A stretch of 64,000 bases of DNA, taken from the NCBI GenBank assembly GCA_964509715.1, contig CAZDYD010000001.1, positions 99 to 64,098 of the forward strand. Reading direction: 5' to 3'. Shown one piece after another: positions 19,890 to 30,373 of this stretch. The notes beneath the pieces are model-generated. The model saw nothing but the letters and a program-made list of their open reading frames with translations, had not been told where the DNA came from and did not search any database. Source of the stretch: an uncultured Chitinophagales bacterium (GTDB lineage Bacteria; Bacteroidota; Rhodothermia; Balneolales; HLUCCA01). Position 1 is the first letter of the stretch. The number at the start of each line of letters is the position of its first letter. A program made the position numbers and the translations under genes.

Positions 19890-22800
19890 TTAATTATTAG
19901 TTGATTCTGATGATGCCGGCTTGATGGGTTCAAACATGGTTACCATGTTCTCATACCATTTCCACCTGTCATTAACCGCTTGTTGTGCGTTTTTCATTGC
20001 TACAACCGCAGCTTTAGCATCTATAGCCGATAACATCTGATATCGGGTTTCATTGTAAGCGTAATCTTTGAAGGGTATCGCAGGTTTTTTGGAGTCCAAC
20101 TGAAATGGATTTTTGCCTTCAAACATCAGGTCAGGGTTGAATCTGAACAATGGCCAATACCCACTTTCAACCGCCAGTTTTTGCTGTGTTAAGCCGTTCT
20201 TCATATCATATCCATGTGCTATGCAATGACTATACGCAATGATGATCGAAGGACCTCTAAAGCGCTCGGCTTCAATCAGTGTCTTGACTGTCTGAGTATC
20301 ATTTGCACCCATGGCAATTCTGGCTACAAAGACATTTCCATATGTTACAGCCTGAAGTGCCAGGTCCTTTTTCGGATTCGGCTTTCCACCAGCTGCAAAT
20401 TTTGCAACGGCACCCAAAGGAGTTGCTTTGGACATCTGCCCACCAGTATTAGAATATACTTCAGTATCCAAAATTAGAATATTTACGTCTCGCCCTGAAG
20501 CGATCACATGGTCGAGTCCACCAAACCCGATATCATATGCCCAACCATCACCACCTACGATCCAAATTGATCTTCGAACCAGATACTCGCTCAATTCTTT
20601 CAACATACCCAAATCTTCAAAGAGTTCACCTTGTGTTAGATTCGCAAGTTGTGTGCTGATTTTTTTCTCCAGCTCGGCTACCAGTTCTCTTTGTCGGTAA
20701 ATATCTGCTTCATCGAGTTGAAGATTCGAAAGTATTTGATCTGTGAACTCCTTGCCCAATAAGTTCGCATGTTTTTCGACCAGTTCTTCAGCGTGTGCCC
20801 GCTTTTTGTCAACGGCAACACGATATCCTAATCCGAATTCCGCATTGTCTTCGAACAGGGAGTTACTCCAAGCTGGACCCCGCCCATCTTTATTTTTGGT
20901 CCAAGGAGTAGTGGGTAAATTACCTCCATAAATCGATGAGCACCCAGTAGCATTAGCCACAAGCATGCGGTCTCCAAAGAGCTGGGTCGCCAGTTTAATG
21001 TATGGTGTTTCACCACATCCTGCGCAAGCACCGGAGAACTCAAAAAGTGGTTGAAGGAATTGAGACCCTTTCACCGAGTCGACTCTGATATTAGTTCTGT
21101 CGGCTTCGGGTAAACCTAAAAACCAACTGAAATGCCTGGATTGTTCATCCATTATCGGTGCCACAGGCATCATATCCAATGCTTTGTGCGACACATTCGA
21201 TTTATCTTTAGCAGGGCAAACCTCAACGCATAAGCTACAACCGGTGCAGTCTTCCGGTGAAATTTGTATGGTGTATGCCGTCCCATCTGGCCATTCCTTG
21301 CCTTTTGCCTTCATTGTCTTGAATCCTACAGGTGCACTATCCATCAAGGCCTCATCAAAAGCCTTGATTCGGATTACGGCATGTGGACATACCATGGCAC
21401 ACTTCCCGCATTGAATACAAATGTTGGGGTCCCACACCGGGACATCGGATGCGATACATCTTTTTTCGAAATGAGTGGTTCCACTTGGATAGGTACCATC
21501 AGCCGGCATCGCACTTACGGGTAAACTATCACCATTACCTTCAATGATCTGACGCGTTACATTGTTCACGAAGTCATCGGCATCAGCATAATAATCGACC
21601 AAATCCTGTTTGATCTGTACTTCATCATTATCAAATTGAGGCACAAAAATCTTGTGAAGGTGGGCCAAGGCACTATCAACTGCCTCAAAGTTCATTTTGA
21701 TAATCTTGTCACCCCGTTTCCCATACGTTTTTTTAATCCCTTCTTTTATTGCATCAATAGCTTCGTTTTTAGGGATTACACCAGCTATTGCAAAGAAGCA
21801 AGCTTGCATAACTGTATTGATTCTATTGCCCATTCCTGCCTGTCTGGCTACAGCTTCAGCGTCAATACTATAGACTTTTAGGTCAAGTTCCCGAATCTGA
21901 TTTCGAACTTTTATCGGAAGTGACATCCAAACTTCATCAGCCGGAGCAGGATGGTTGATCAGAAACGTGCCTTCCGGTTTGATGTAGCGCAGCATATCAA
22001 ACTTGTCGAGGAATTGCGGTTGGTGGCATGCAATAAAGTTAGCACGAGTAATCAAATAAGCTGATCTGATAGGTTTTGGACTGAACCGGAGATGTGAAGT
22101 GGTCATCGATCCAGATTTTTTACTATCGTAGACAAAGAAGCCCTGGGTATGGTACTTAGTGTGGTCGCCAATAATCTTGATTGAGTTTTTATTCGCAGAG
22201 ACCGTTCCATCAGCCCCAAGTCCATAGAACATCGCTTTAAAAACTTCAGGAGACTCCGTATCGAAGTTATTGTCGTAGGACAGACTTGATCCACTAACAT
22301 CATCATTGATACCGATAGTAAAGTGATTTTTGGGTCTGTCCCGTTTAAGTTCGTCAAATATACCCTTCACCATGGCCGGAGTAAATTCCTTCGATGACAA
22401 TCCGTAGCGTCCACCAACAACTTTTGGTTCAAATAGTAATGGGCAGTTTCCCGAATCCTGGCTCTCATGAAGTGCTGTGATAACATCTTGATATAATGGT
22501 TCACCTATAGCACCGGGTTCTTTGGTGCGATCAAGAACTGCTATTTTCTTTACAGTCGCCGGAATTTTTTCGAGTAAGTCTGTAGCAGGAAATGGCCGAT
22601 ACAATCTGATGCTGATGACACCTGTTTTTTCACCGTGTGAATTTAAAAAATCGATGGTTTCTTTAACCGTTTCAACGCCGGACCCCATAATGACAATTAT
22701 CCTGTCTGCCTCATTATCACCATAGTAGTCAACCAGATCATATTTTCTGCCCGTCAAGTCACCAAATTGAGACATTGCCATCCTCACATGTTCCGGACAG

Positions 22801-23513
22801 GCAGAATAAAACGGATTAACAGCTTCTCGTGTCTGAAAATAAACATCAGGATTTTGAGCAGTCCCCCTGATAAATGGTCTCTCGGGAGACAATCCTCGTC
22901 TTCTGTGAGCGTGAACCAATGTAGATGGGATCATTGCCTTCATCACCAATGAAGGAATTTCTTCGACATCCATCAATTCATGAGATGTTCTGAATCCGTC
23001 GAAAAAGTGCAGCATGGGTATTCTTGAGGTCAGCGTTGCTGCCTGGGCAATCAAGGCGAAGTCCATGGCCTCTTGTACCGAATTTGAACAAAGCATTGCA
23101 AATCCAGTGGAGCGCGTTGCCATTACATCACTATGGTCACAAAAAATTGATAATGACGATGTGGCCAACGACCTGGCGGCAACATGCATTACCATGGATG
23201 TAAGTTCACCGGCAATTTTATACATGTTCGGAATCATCAGCAGGAGCCCCTGTGACGCAGTAAAAGTGGTGGTTAACGCACCGTTTTGCAAGGACCCGTG
23301 AACTGCACCGGCTGCACCACCTTCGCTTTGCATTTCAATAACCGTCGGGACCGTGCCGAAAATGTTTTTTTGACCTGCAGCGGCATATGCATCAGACAAT
23401 TCACCCATGGCGGATGATGGTGTGATCGGATATATAGCGATTACTTCATTGAGTTGATAAGCAACTTTTGCAACAGCTTCGTTGGCATCAATGATCAGTT
23501 TGGACGACGACAT
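19890..23513 (-). CDS. nifJ: pyruvate:ferredoxin (flavodoxin) oxidoreductase
   Basis: It is a 1207-aa single-chain PFOR. It has two ferredoxin-type motifs, '[12 protein letters not shown]' and '[12 protein letters not shown]', and the TPP block '[16 protein letters not shown]'. Confidence 0.95.
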   Translation of the reverse strand: MSSSKLIIDANEAVAKVAYQLNEVIAIYPITPSSAMGELSDAYAAAGQKNIFGTVPTVIEMQSEGGAAGAVHGSLQNGALTTTFTASQGLLLMIPNMYKIAGELTSMVMHVAARSLATSSLSIFCDHSDVMATRSTGFAMLCSNSVQEAMDFALIAQAATLTSRIPMLHFFDGFRTSHELMDVEEIPSLVMKAMIPSTLVHAHRRRGLSPERPFIRGTAQNPDVYFQTREAVNPFYSACPEHVRMAMSQFGDLTGRKYDLVDYYGDNEADRIIVIMGSGVETVKETIDFLNSHGEKTGVISIRLYRPFPATDLLEKIPATVKKIAVLDRTKEPGAIGEPLYQDVITALHESQDSGNCPLLFEPKVVGGRYGLSSKEFTPAMVKGIFDELKRDRPKNHFTIGINDDVSGSSLSYDNNFDTESPEVFKAMFYGLGADGTVSANKNSIKIIGDHTKYHTQGFFVYDSKKSGSMTTSHLRFSPKPIRSAYLITRANFIACHQPQFLDKFDMLRYIKPEGTFLINHPAPADEVWMSLPIKVRNQIRELDLKVYSIDAEAVARQAGMGNRINTVMQACFFAIAGVIPKNEAIDAIKEGIKKTYGKRGDKIIKMNFEAVDSALAHLHKIFVPQFDNDEVQIKQDLVDYYADADDFVNNVTRQIIEGNGDSLPVSAMPADGTYPSGTTHFEKRCIASDVPVWDPNICIQCGKCAMVCPHAVIRIKAFDEALMDSAPVGFKTMKAKGKEWPDGTAYTIQISPEDCTGCSLCVEVCPAKDKSNVSHKALDMMPVAPIMDEQSRHFSWFLGLPEADRTNIRVDSVKGSQFLQPLFEFSGACAGCGETPYIKLATQLFGDRMLVANATGCSSIYGGNLPTTPWTKNKDGRGPAWSNSLFEDNAEFGLGYRVAVDKKRAHAEELVEKHANLLGKEFTDQILSNLQLDEADIYRQRELVAELEKKISTQLANLTQGELFEDLGMLKELSEYLVRRSIWIVGGDGWAYDIGFGGLDHVIASGRDVNILILDTEVYSNTGGQMSKATPLGAVAKFAAGGKPNPKKDLALQAVTYGNVFVARIAMGANDTQTVKTLIEAERFRGPSIIIAYSHCIAHGYDMKNGLTQQKLAVESGYWPLFRFNPDLMFEGKNPFQLDSKKPAIPFKDYAYNETRYQMLSAIDAKAAVVAMKNAQQAVNDRWKWYENMVTMFEPIKPASSESTNN

Positions 23514-23783
23514 GATTCCCTCCAGTCAAAATAATGTGCAATGTGGAGCCGGTAATGTTTGGATTGGCAGAAGTCATTCCACGGCAAAAGCATTACCGAA
23601 CGTACATTGATATTATACAAGAACATGTCGGTTAAAAATATGACTTTAGTCAGTTTTGAGAGCTATACAGAATTTATTTGAACTCCTTGAGGATTATTGC
23701 GAGTTTACTGTATTGGTAAAATACCCCCAGTGCCGACTTACCCTCGTGCAACTTCACTGTATTTTGTACCAATTATTAGTGTA

Positions 23784-24620
23784 ATGGATCTTTTAAACAA
23801 GAAAGTTATCATTCTGTCTGGTTTCGCTCGAGGTGGAACCAACATTGTCTGGAATATTTTGCAGTCACATCCAAAGGTTTGTTCGTCTATTCGAGAAACG
23901 GGACAGCTATTCGACGAATCGAAACTGATGTTTGTTGGTAATATCATGAGAGGTAGGTTTTTCGGGCGGCATTTGATCGATCATGCATTGTTCAACTATA
24001 AGATGTTGAATCTAAATCATCCGGAGAACAGATATAAATCTGAAAATGAGGTTTATACATACGAAGAGATCGCGGAATCTGTTCTTTGTCTAAAATCGGT
24101 TAATAATGATATCAGGTACACAAAAACTCTTTTACAGATTTATCCTGATCTCTTTTTCATTCTTTTGGTGAGGAATGGGTATTCTCTGTGCGATGGTTAC
24201 ATACGAAGGGGGAAATCAGCGGTTGAAGCAGCGAAAATCTATAGGCAAATGGCCATTGATGTACAGCTATACAAAAAAATGATCCCGAATTTGAAAGTCA
24301 TCAAGTTTGAAGATGTTGTAAATGATCCATTCGGTATTTCTCAAGAGTTGTTCAGGTTTGCCAAAATCGAGCCCGTCGAATTGGATAAATTGCGTTTAAA
24401 GTCAAAAAAAGTGATTCGTAAATCGGGACTCCACGATACAACCTTCGGTGAAATCGACCATAAATACTGGTTTACAACAGATACGATTCATAATGTTCTT
24501 GACTCAAAAATAAACAATGTACAGTTGAGCCGACTTACTCCTCGCATGATTGAAGACTTTAATCATCTAGCATCCGATGCTCTTATGTATTTCGGATTTG
24601 ATATTATCCAACACGATTGA
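23784..24620 (+). CDS. sulfotransferase-fold protein (3'-phospho-nucleotide donor-dependent transferase family)
   Basis: It has a 5'-PSB-like loop, 'LSGFARGGTNIVWNIL', and a 3'-PB-like block, 'ILLVRNGYSLCDGYIRRG'. I took the internal ATG 23784 (MDLLNKK) as the start. Confidence 0.55.
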   Translation: MDLLNKKVIILSGFARGGTNIVWNILQSHPKVCSSIRETGQLFDESKLMFVGNIMRGRFFGRHLIDHALFNYKMLNLNHPENRYKSENEVYTYEEIAESVLCLKSVNNDIRYTKTLLQIYPDLFFILLVRNGYSLCDGYIRRGKSAVEAAKIYRQMAIDVQLYKKMIPNLKVIKFEDVVNDPFGISQELFRFAKIEPVELDKLRLKSKKVIRKSGLHDTTFGEIDHKYWFTTDTIHNVLDSKINNVQLSRLTPRMIEDFNHLASDALMYFGFDIIQHD

Positions 24621-24685
24621 CTCAACTGGTAAATTATGTTAGGTTGCACTCTTATGTCTACTTTGTCCTTAATCTTAGAGTTTTT

Positions 24686-25981
24686 ATGATTTCTAAAAAT
24701 ATGAACAGATTCTTTGTCTTTCGATTCATCTTAATCGTCTGTGCCATTCTACTTACAGGCCCGGTCATTCATGCTCAAACATTTGAAACGGTTTCACCTG
24801 AAGACGCAGGATTTTCATCAGAACGCCTAAAGCGTCTTTCTGATATGTTTAACGAATACAGCGAACAACAGCGGATTGCCGGTGGTGTTGCAATGGTACT
24901 TCGTGATGGCAAGGTTTTGTTTCAGGAATCTTTTGGCTATCGTGATGTTGAGTCGGCAGAGCGTATGACCATGGATTCCATGTTCAGAATTGCGTCGCAA
25001 ACAAAAGCGATTACCAGTGTGGGAATTATGATCTTACAAGAGGAAGGCAAATTGTTGATCAATGATCCTGTAAGTAAGTATATGCCAGAATTCGCTCAAA
25101 CTAAAGTTGCTGTCGCACGAGATGATGGAAGTGGTTATGATGTAGTTGATGCAAGACGCCAGATTACAATTAGGGACTTACTCACTCATACAGCAGGCAT
25201 CAGTTATGGTTACGGTCCGGCACAAGAATTGTGGCGTGAAGCCGGAATGCAGGGCTGGTACTTTGCTCATAGAGATGAACCTGTACGGGAGACCATTCGA
25301 AGGTTGGCGTCCCTACCAATGGATGCACACCCAGGCGAAAAATTCGTTTATGGTTATTCAACCGATATACTTGGGGCTTTGATTGAGGTAGTAAGTGGAT
25401 TGTCGTTGTATGAATTCATCTCGGAAAAAATTCTTGCACCATTGTCGATGAATGATACTCATTTTTATGTACCCGATTACAAACACGACAGGGTGGCAAC
25501 CGTATATTCAGCAACACCAAGCCGAGGCATTGAACGGGCGCCGGATCCTGGTTTTGGTGTGGGACAAGGACATTACACTCATGGACCAAAAGTAAGTTAT
25601 TCAGGGGGTGCAGGACTAATCTCCACAGCCAACGACTATGCCAGGTTTCTTCAGATGTTGTTGAATGGAGGTGAACTTGACGGAATTCGAATACTAAGTC
25701 CGAAAACGGTAGAGTTACTGACCGTAAATCACCTGGTTGACGTTCATTTTAGAAATGGTGAGGGTATAAGTCTCGCTTTTGACGTTCTAATGGATGTGGG
25801 TGCGCGTGGCACTCCTGGATCCGTGGGAGATTTTGGCTGGGGCGGAGCCTATCATTCGACATACTGGGTAAGTCCCAAAGATCGTCTGGTTGTTGTTTTC
25901 TTCACTCAATTGATACCATCAACAGGGTCTGACATCCAAGGAAAAATTCGGACATTACTATATCAAGCTATGATTGATTAA
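24686..25981 (+). CDS. serine hydrolase (class C beta-lactamase-like / esterase family)
   Basis: It has a signal peptide, the SxxK motif 'ASQTKAI', 'YGYSTD', and 'WGGAYHS'. The start could be 24686 or 24701. The track's 24617 start would overlap the upstream gene. Confidence 0.85.
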   Translation: MISKNMNRFFVFRFILIVCAILLTGPVIHAQTFETVSPEDAGFSSERLKRLSDMFNEYSEQQRIAGGVAMVLRDGKVLFQESFGYRDVESAERMTMDSMFRIASQTKAITSVGIMILQEEGKLLINDPVSKYMPEFAQTKVAVARDDGSGYDVVDARRQITIRDLLTHTAGISYGYGPAQELWREAGMQGWYFAHRDEPVRETIRRLASLPMDAHPGEKFVYGYSTDILGALIEVVSGLSLYEFISEKILAPLSMNDTHFYVPDYKHDRVATVYSATPSRGIERAPDPGFGVGQGHYTHGPKVSYSGGAGLISTANDYARFLQMLLNGGELDGIRILSPKTVELLTVNHLVDVHFRNGEGISLAFDVLMDVGARGTPGSVGDFGWGGAYHSTYWVSPKDRLVVVFFTQLIPSTGSDIQGKIRTLLYQAMID

Positions 25982-25986
25982 AAAGA

Positions 25987-26015
25987 ATGTCCCATAGAGT
26001 ATACCTGTGGGACAT
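25987..26015. terminator. hairpin between convergent genes
   Basis: The 8-bp stem atgtccca (25987-25994) pairs with tgggacat (26008-26015). On the minus strand it is followed by TCTTTTT. Confidence 0.45.
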
Positions 26016-26030
26016 CCTTATATCAATTAA

Positions 26031-26423
26031 CTATTTTTTAGACATTTCGTCAACTGATAGTTTTCCGCTTCCCAGTGTAAGAAGTGCAAGGTTAGCCAGC
26101 ATTAACATCAGGTCAAGACGCATAGCCCTGAACATGTCATCTGAGCCGAGCTTTGTGGTCAAAATCGCTACAAACATAATGATAGCCAATAAAATATTAG
26201 CGTATGACATTCTGAATCCGGCGAGAACCATTATTCCTCCTACGAATTCAACAATAGCAACAATCCAAGCCATTACTCCGGCCATTGGAATTCCAATATT
26301 TCCAAAAAAACTGATTGTACCATCGATTCCAGTAAGCTTTCCATAGCCTGCAACTATGAAAATCAATCCTACTCCGATCCTGAGAATTAATGGGGCATAA
26401 TCACGATACTTTTCAAAATTCAT
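26031..26423 (-). CDS. DoxX-family membrane protein
   Basis: It is 130 aa with 4 TM segments. The N-terminal 'APLILRIGVGLIFIVAGYGKL' is typical of DoxX. Confidence 0.85.
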   Translation of the reverse strand: MNFEKYRDYAPLILRIGVGLIFIVAGYGKLTGIDGTISFFGNIGIPMAGVMAWIVAIVEFVGGIMVLAGFRMSYANILLAIIMFVAILTTKLGSDDMFRAMRLDLMLMLANLALLTLGSGKLSVDEMSKK

Positions 26424-26838
26424 ATGTAACTCCTAAGATTGGTTGTATTTGTTTAATAACCTTCGTTGGTTATCACTGACTATATATAAAAACAAGTATT
26501 TATAAACAACTATCTTTAAAACATTTTTCAAATTATGTAGGGTCTTTGATTTTGAAAGTTAAAAACCTCCATTGAGCATGAAGTCATACACCTTGAGTTT
26601 GACATGAAATGCGTATTAAGATATCCTCACATAACAACTGCTACGCAACTGTTTACATTTATTGCCTAAGTGCCCTGTTTGGACTCCAAAACATTGACTT
26701 TTTAGTCCGATTTAGCGTATTTGTGTAAAGGGGATGTCTTAAATCTGACCTCATATGGTGTACCAAATGTCGGTACACGATTTGGGTTCATATAAATTTT
26801 AAAAATTGTTCTTCAGCCACATAAGGGGGGGTAGAGAC

Positions 26839-28242
26839 ATGAGAGTAATCACAACCAGCTTCATGATCACTTTGTTAATCATCGCTGGGTGCAACAGGTC
26901 TGATAATCGGTCAGAGTTTAAAAAAGTGGAACTAAGTGATGCAGATAGATCAGAGCTGCTCTTAGAACTAAAAAACACATTCTTTCATCATACAGTAAAT
27001 CCTTGGTTTCCTGGGGCTATCGACTCGGAATATGGAGGATTCATAACCAATTTCAACCATGATTGGTCACAAAATGAAAACTCGAACAAATCGTTGGTAA
27101 CTCAAGCTCGTTTGATATGGACAGCATCTCATGCAACCGCTTTCGTCGAAAACCGTGATGAAATGATCGGGTATGCCCGCCACGGATATACGTTTTTGAT
27201 GGAGAAGATGTATGACCATGAATTCGGTGGATTCTTTGATGTGGTCGATCGTCAAGGGAATCCGGTACCGGATGAAAATGGGGATATCATAAAAGATTCA
27301 TACAGTATCAGTTTTGCGATATATGCATTAGCGGCTTATGCAGCAGCATCGGGAGAACGTGAAGCACTCATCGCTGCAACGAACACCTTCCGTTGGCTTG
27401 ACTCACATGCATATGATAATCAGAATGGTGGTTACTTTAATTATATGCAACGAGATGGTACAGCTATTCATGAATGGTATAATGGAATTCCACCTAAAGG
27501 CCAGAATACATCCATTCACTTAATGGAAGCTTTTGCCGAATTATATCATATCTGCCCTGATCCAACCGTTGGTATAAGACTTGAAGAACTTCTGGAGCTT
27601 GTCCGTGACGTCATCCGTGTAAATCCGGGTACCTTGACTCTATATTCCGAAATTGACTGGACCCCGGTATCATTTGCTGGTATGGGCGAGCAAACTATAA
27701 AGAATAACCTTGAATTGGATCACATTTCATACGGAAACAATATCAAAGCTGCTGCCATGTTGATTGAGGCTTCGTACGGACTTGCACTCGAAGATGATTC
27801 ACTGACGTTTAAGTATGCCAAACAAATGGTTGATTTCGCCTTGAAAAATGGATTTGACTCAAAGAATGGAGGATTCTTCAGAGCTGGGCTTCAAATTAAA
27901 GATGGAAAGTTTACCATAGTAGATGACTCAAAAAGCTGGTGTGCACAGGCAGAAGGGCTGAACACATTATTTCTGATGGCTGACCTATATCCTGATGAGT
28001 ATGATAAATACATGGGAAGTTTTATAAAGCTGTGGGAGTATATTAAAAACAACCAACTCGATCATGAGTACAGCGGATGGTATCAGTTCGGTTTAGATAC
28101 TACACCCGAGGCGAAATTTGGTCCCAAAGGACACCACCTCAAAGCTTCATACCATGATGCTCGATCATTGATGACGATCATTCGTGAAATGAGTGCCGCT
28201 GAGATACATCGTAGAGAAATACAAGTGGCACCATGCGATTGA
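26839..28242 (+). CDS. AGE-family (N-acylglucosamine 2-epimerase / cellobiose 2-epimerase-like) protein, predicted lipoprotein
   Basis: It has (alpha/alpha)6-barrel-type repeats with 'GGF' / 'GG(Y/F)F' motifs recurring about every 60 aa and 'WCAQAEGL'. I took ATG 26839 as the start because a G-rich SD precedes it. It has the lipobox 'LIIAGC'. Confidence 0.75.
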   Translation: MRVITTSFMITLLIIAGCNRSDNRSEFKKVELSDADRSELLLELKNTFFHHTVNPWFPGAIDSEYGGFITNFNHDWSQNENSNKSLVTQARLIWTASHATAFVENRDEMIGYARHGYTFLMEKMYDHEFGGFFDVVDRQGNPVPDENGDIIKDSYSISFAIYALAAYAAASGEREALIAATNTFRWLDSHAYDNQNGGYFNYMQRDGTAIHEWYNGIPPKGQNTSIHLMEAFAELYHICPDPTVGIRLEELLELVRDVIRVNPGTLTLYSEIDWTPVSFAGMGEQTIKNNLELDHISYGNNIKAAAMLIEASYGLALEDDSLTFKYAKQMVDFALKNGFDSKNGGFFRAGLQIKDGKFTIVDDSKSWCAQAEGLNTLFLMADLYPDEYDKYMGSFIKLWEYIKNNQLDHEYSGWYQFGLDTTPEAKFGPKGHHLKASYHDARSLMTIIREMSAAEIHRREIQVAPCD

Positions 28243-28326
28243 TTGGATAGCGATAGTGCGATTGTCGCTGAATTTGCCCACTAGACTGTCATCAAAATAC
28301 ATGCAATTGATTGGATAGCGATAGTG
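28233..28326. repeat. 26-nt direct repeat, two copies 68 bp apart
   Basis: The unit atgc[g/a]attgattggatagcgatagtg occurs at 28233-28258 (overlapping the AGE stop codon) and at 28301-28326. The copies differ by 1 mismatch. Confidence 0.85.
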
Positions 28327-28432
28327 GCTCTGGAATATCCACGCCACATATTTTTACAGATAAAAGACTATATTGTCTGATATAATTCATGTATCTTATC
28401 TTTTTCTGTATCTATTAATCGATAATAAAGTT

Positions 28433-30214
28433 ATGGCTGTTAATCATCACACTTTTCACATTCCGGTTATGGGAACCGGACACTCCATTGATTCCCCTAT
28501 CAGAGTAGCACATTTAGGTATCACATCTGTGGTTTCAATAGTAGACGATCTATTACTTGAGAGAATCAGGAAACACTACTCTGCGGAGTATGGACTCGCA
28601 TTCAAATCAATACCCAGAAATGCCCCCGATGGAAGAGCTAAGAGAATTACGGCTTATCTGGATATGATGCACGAAATTGTTCAGAGAAAATTTAATGATC
28701 TGAAGTCATCAAATTTTGGTGTAGGTAGTGAAAAGGACCGATATTTCAGTCTACTACCTACCGATAATTCGTTGCGTAAAATGTGGCTCGGACTTCAGAA
28801 TATGGCTCCTTCGCACGAAAAAGAATCCATCGAAAAAAATCTGAATAATGCCCTTGTTGCAGGTTCTATCGATGTTAACATCATGTCAAAAGTTGACCAT
28901 CTTGGTTATGATAGCAACGAAATGCAGTTGAGCTCAGAGTTTAGTGATGCATGTGCGGCATTGCGGGGTTTCGCGAACAGTGTGGTTGAATCGGCAGTGG
29001 TATTATCTGCAGGTTTTAATCCTCGACTGTATGGATATATTTCGAACTTCAAGGAATTTTATAGAGATTCAACCGGAAATCTTCGAAAAAAAATCATTCT
29101 TAAAGTCAGTGATTTCAGGTCAGCACTGATACAAGGTAAATTCCTCGCAAAGAACGGCCTTGAGGTTGCTGAGTACCGCATCGAATCGGGATTGAATTGT
29201 GGTGGACATGCATTTTATAGTGATGGACGCTTGCTTCCTACAATTCTGGATGAGTTCAAGAATCGAAAGGAAGAACTTACCACGCAACTTAAGCCTGTTA
29301 TACGTGCATTTTATGAAAAAATGGGTTGGGAATATCCTGAATCTGCTATGACAGAGGCTCCTCGAATTACAGTTCAAGGCGGAATTGGGATTTTCGGAGA
29401 ACAAGAGCGGCTCATTAAAGAGTTTGGAGTTGATGGAACAGGTTGGGGAACGCCTTTCCTGGTAGTTCCTGAGGCAACCTGTGTCGATGACCCAACTTTG
29501 CAATTAATGATTAATGCAGGTGTAGATGATCTGTATTTAAGCAAAGTGTCTCCACTGGGGGTTCCGTTCAACAACCTCAGAAGAACAGGATCTGAGCGCT
29601 GGACTTCTGATAGAGTCGATACCAATAAGCCCGGCTCTCCTTGTCCGAAGGGCTTTTTGAAAACCAATACGGAATTTACAACCCAGCCAATTTGTACTGC
29701 ATCTACTGAGTATCAATTGCTGAAAATATCACAGATCAAAGCAAGTGATTCTACCGAGGCAGAGAAGACAAAGTTGTTGGATGATGTTTATGCTAAAACA
29801 TGTCTGTGTGACCACCTTGGAAATGGCAGTTTGATCAAATTGGGTATTATCAAAGAGCAAAAGGGTCCTCAGGCAATCTGTCCAGGACCCAATCTCGCTT
29901 GGTTTTCAGGTCCCTATTCTCTTGAACAGATGACCGACCATATTTATGGAAGAGGTGATTCACTTGTCCCTGCACATAGGCCACATATGTTTGCCAAAGA
30001 ATATGAAATGAACATCGATTACTTTGACAAACTGGTATTAATGTCTGATGAAACGGATGCCAAGACCCAGAAGTATCTTGACAACGTAAGAAAAAATCTG
30101 GAAGAAGGGTTTAATCGCATTAAGGAAATTGCAAACATGGACGCATTTCAAGGCGAAAACTTGAGCAGTCTGAAAGAAATTAATCTTCCTTATCTGGAAA
30201 CTGCAGATGCATGA
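28433..30214 (+). CDS. conserved-looking hypothetical protein (possible FMN/TIM-barrel enzyme)
   Basis: It is a long clean ORF. It has the N-terminal 'HIPVMGTGHSIDSPIRVAHLGITSV', a mid-protein 'ESGLNCGGHAF' reminiscent of the EAGGH motif of nitronate monooxygenase / enoyl-reductase-type TIM barrels, and a Cys-rich C-terminal half. I recognised no family with confidence. Confidence 0.6.
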   Translation: MAVNHHTFHIPVMGTGHSIDSPIRVAHLGITSVVSIVDDLLLERIRKHYSAEYGLAFKSIPRNAPDGRAKRITAYLDMMHEIVQRKFNDLKSSNFGVGSEKDRYFSLLPTDNSLRKMWLGLQNMAPSHEKESIEKNLNNALVAGSIDVNIMSKVDHLGYDSNEMQLSSEFSDACAALRGFANSVVESAVVLSAGFNPRLYGYISNFKEFYRDSTGNLRKKIILKVSDFRSALIQGKFLAKNGLEVAEYRIESGLNCGGHAFYSDGRLLPTILDEFKNRKEELTTQLKPVIRAFYEKMGWEYPESAMTEAPRITVQGGIGIFGEQERLIKEFGVDGTGWGTPFLVVPEATCVDDPTLQLMINAGVDDLYLSKVSPLGVPFNNLRRTGSERWTSDRVDTNKPGSPCPKGFLKTNTEFTTQPICTASTEYQLLKISQIKASDSTEAEKTKLLDDVYAKTCLCDHLGNGSLIKLGIIKEQKGPQAICPGPNLAWFSGPYSLEQMTDHIYGRGDSLVPAHRPHMFAKEYEMNIDYFDKLVLMSDETDAKTQKYLDNVRKNLEEGFNRIKEIANMDAFQGENLSSLKEINLPYLETADA

Positions 30215-30296
30215 TACTTTTATACGGATCAACAAAATCAATGATCGATCAAATTCAATGCATTAGTTCTCAATAGAACTGACCAAAACTTAGCAA

Positions 30297-30344
30297 TAAA
30301 AAAGAAAGCCGACGCTCCTTCCGAAGCCTCGGCTTTTTTGTTTT
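30297..30344. terminator. bidirectional rho-independent terminator
   Basis: The stem aaagccga (30304-30311) pairs with tcggcttt (30328-30335). An A-run lies upstream and a T-run downstream. It sits between convergent genes. Confidence 0.7.
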
Positions 30345-30373
30345 ATGGGTGATTTAACCCTACCAACAGTTTT

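Noticed and set aside
19890-23513. Numerous 60-95-aa ORFs on the strand opposite nifJ (for example 20214-20477, 21264-21524, 23014-23301)
   Set aside because: They are antisense shadows of a strongly supported 1207-aa gene and carry no motifs. The same reasoning applies to the antisense ORFs inside the giant T9SS gene, the sensor kinase-cyclase, nosZ, galK, the symporter and the helicase.
25987-26346. 119-aa + strand ORF opposite the DoxX gene
   Set aside because: It is the mirror image of a hydrophobic membrane-protein gene. DoxX on the minus strand has the family-typical N-terminal block.
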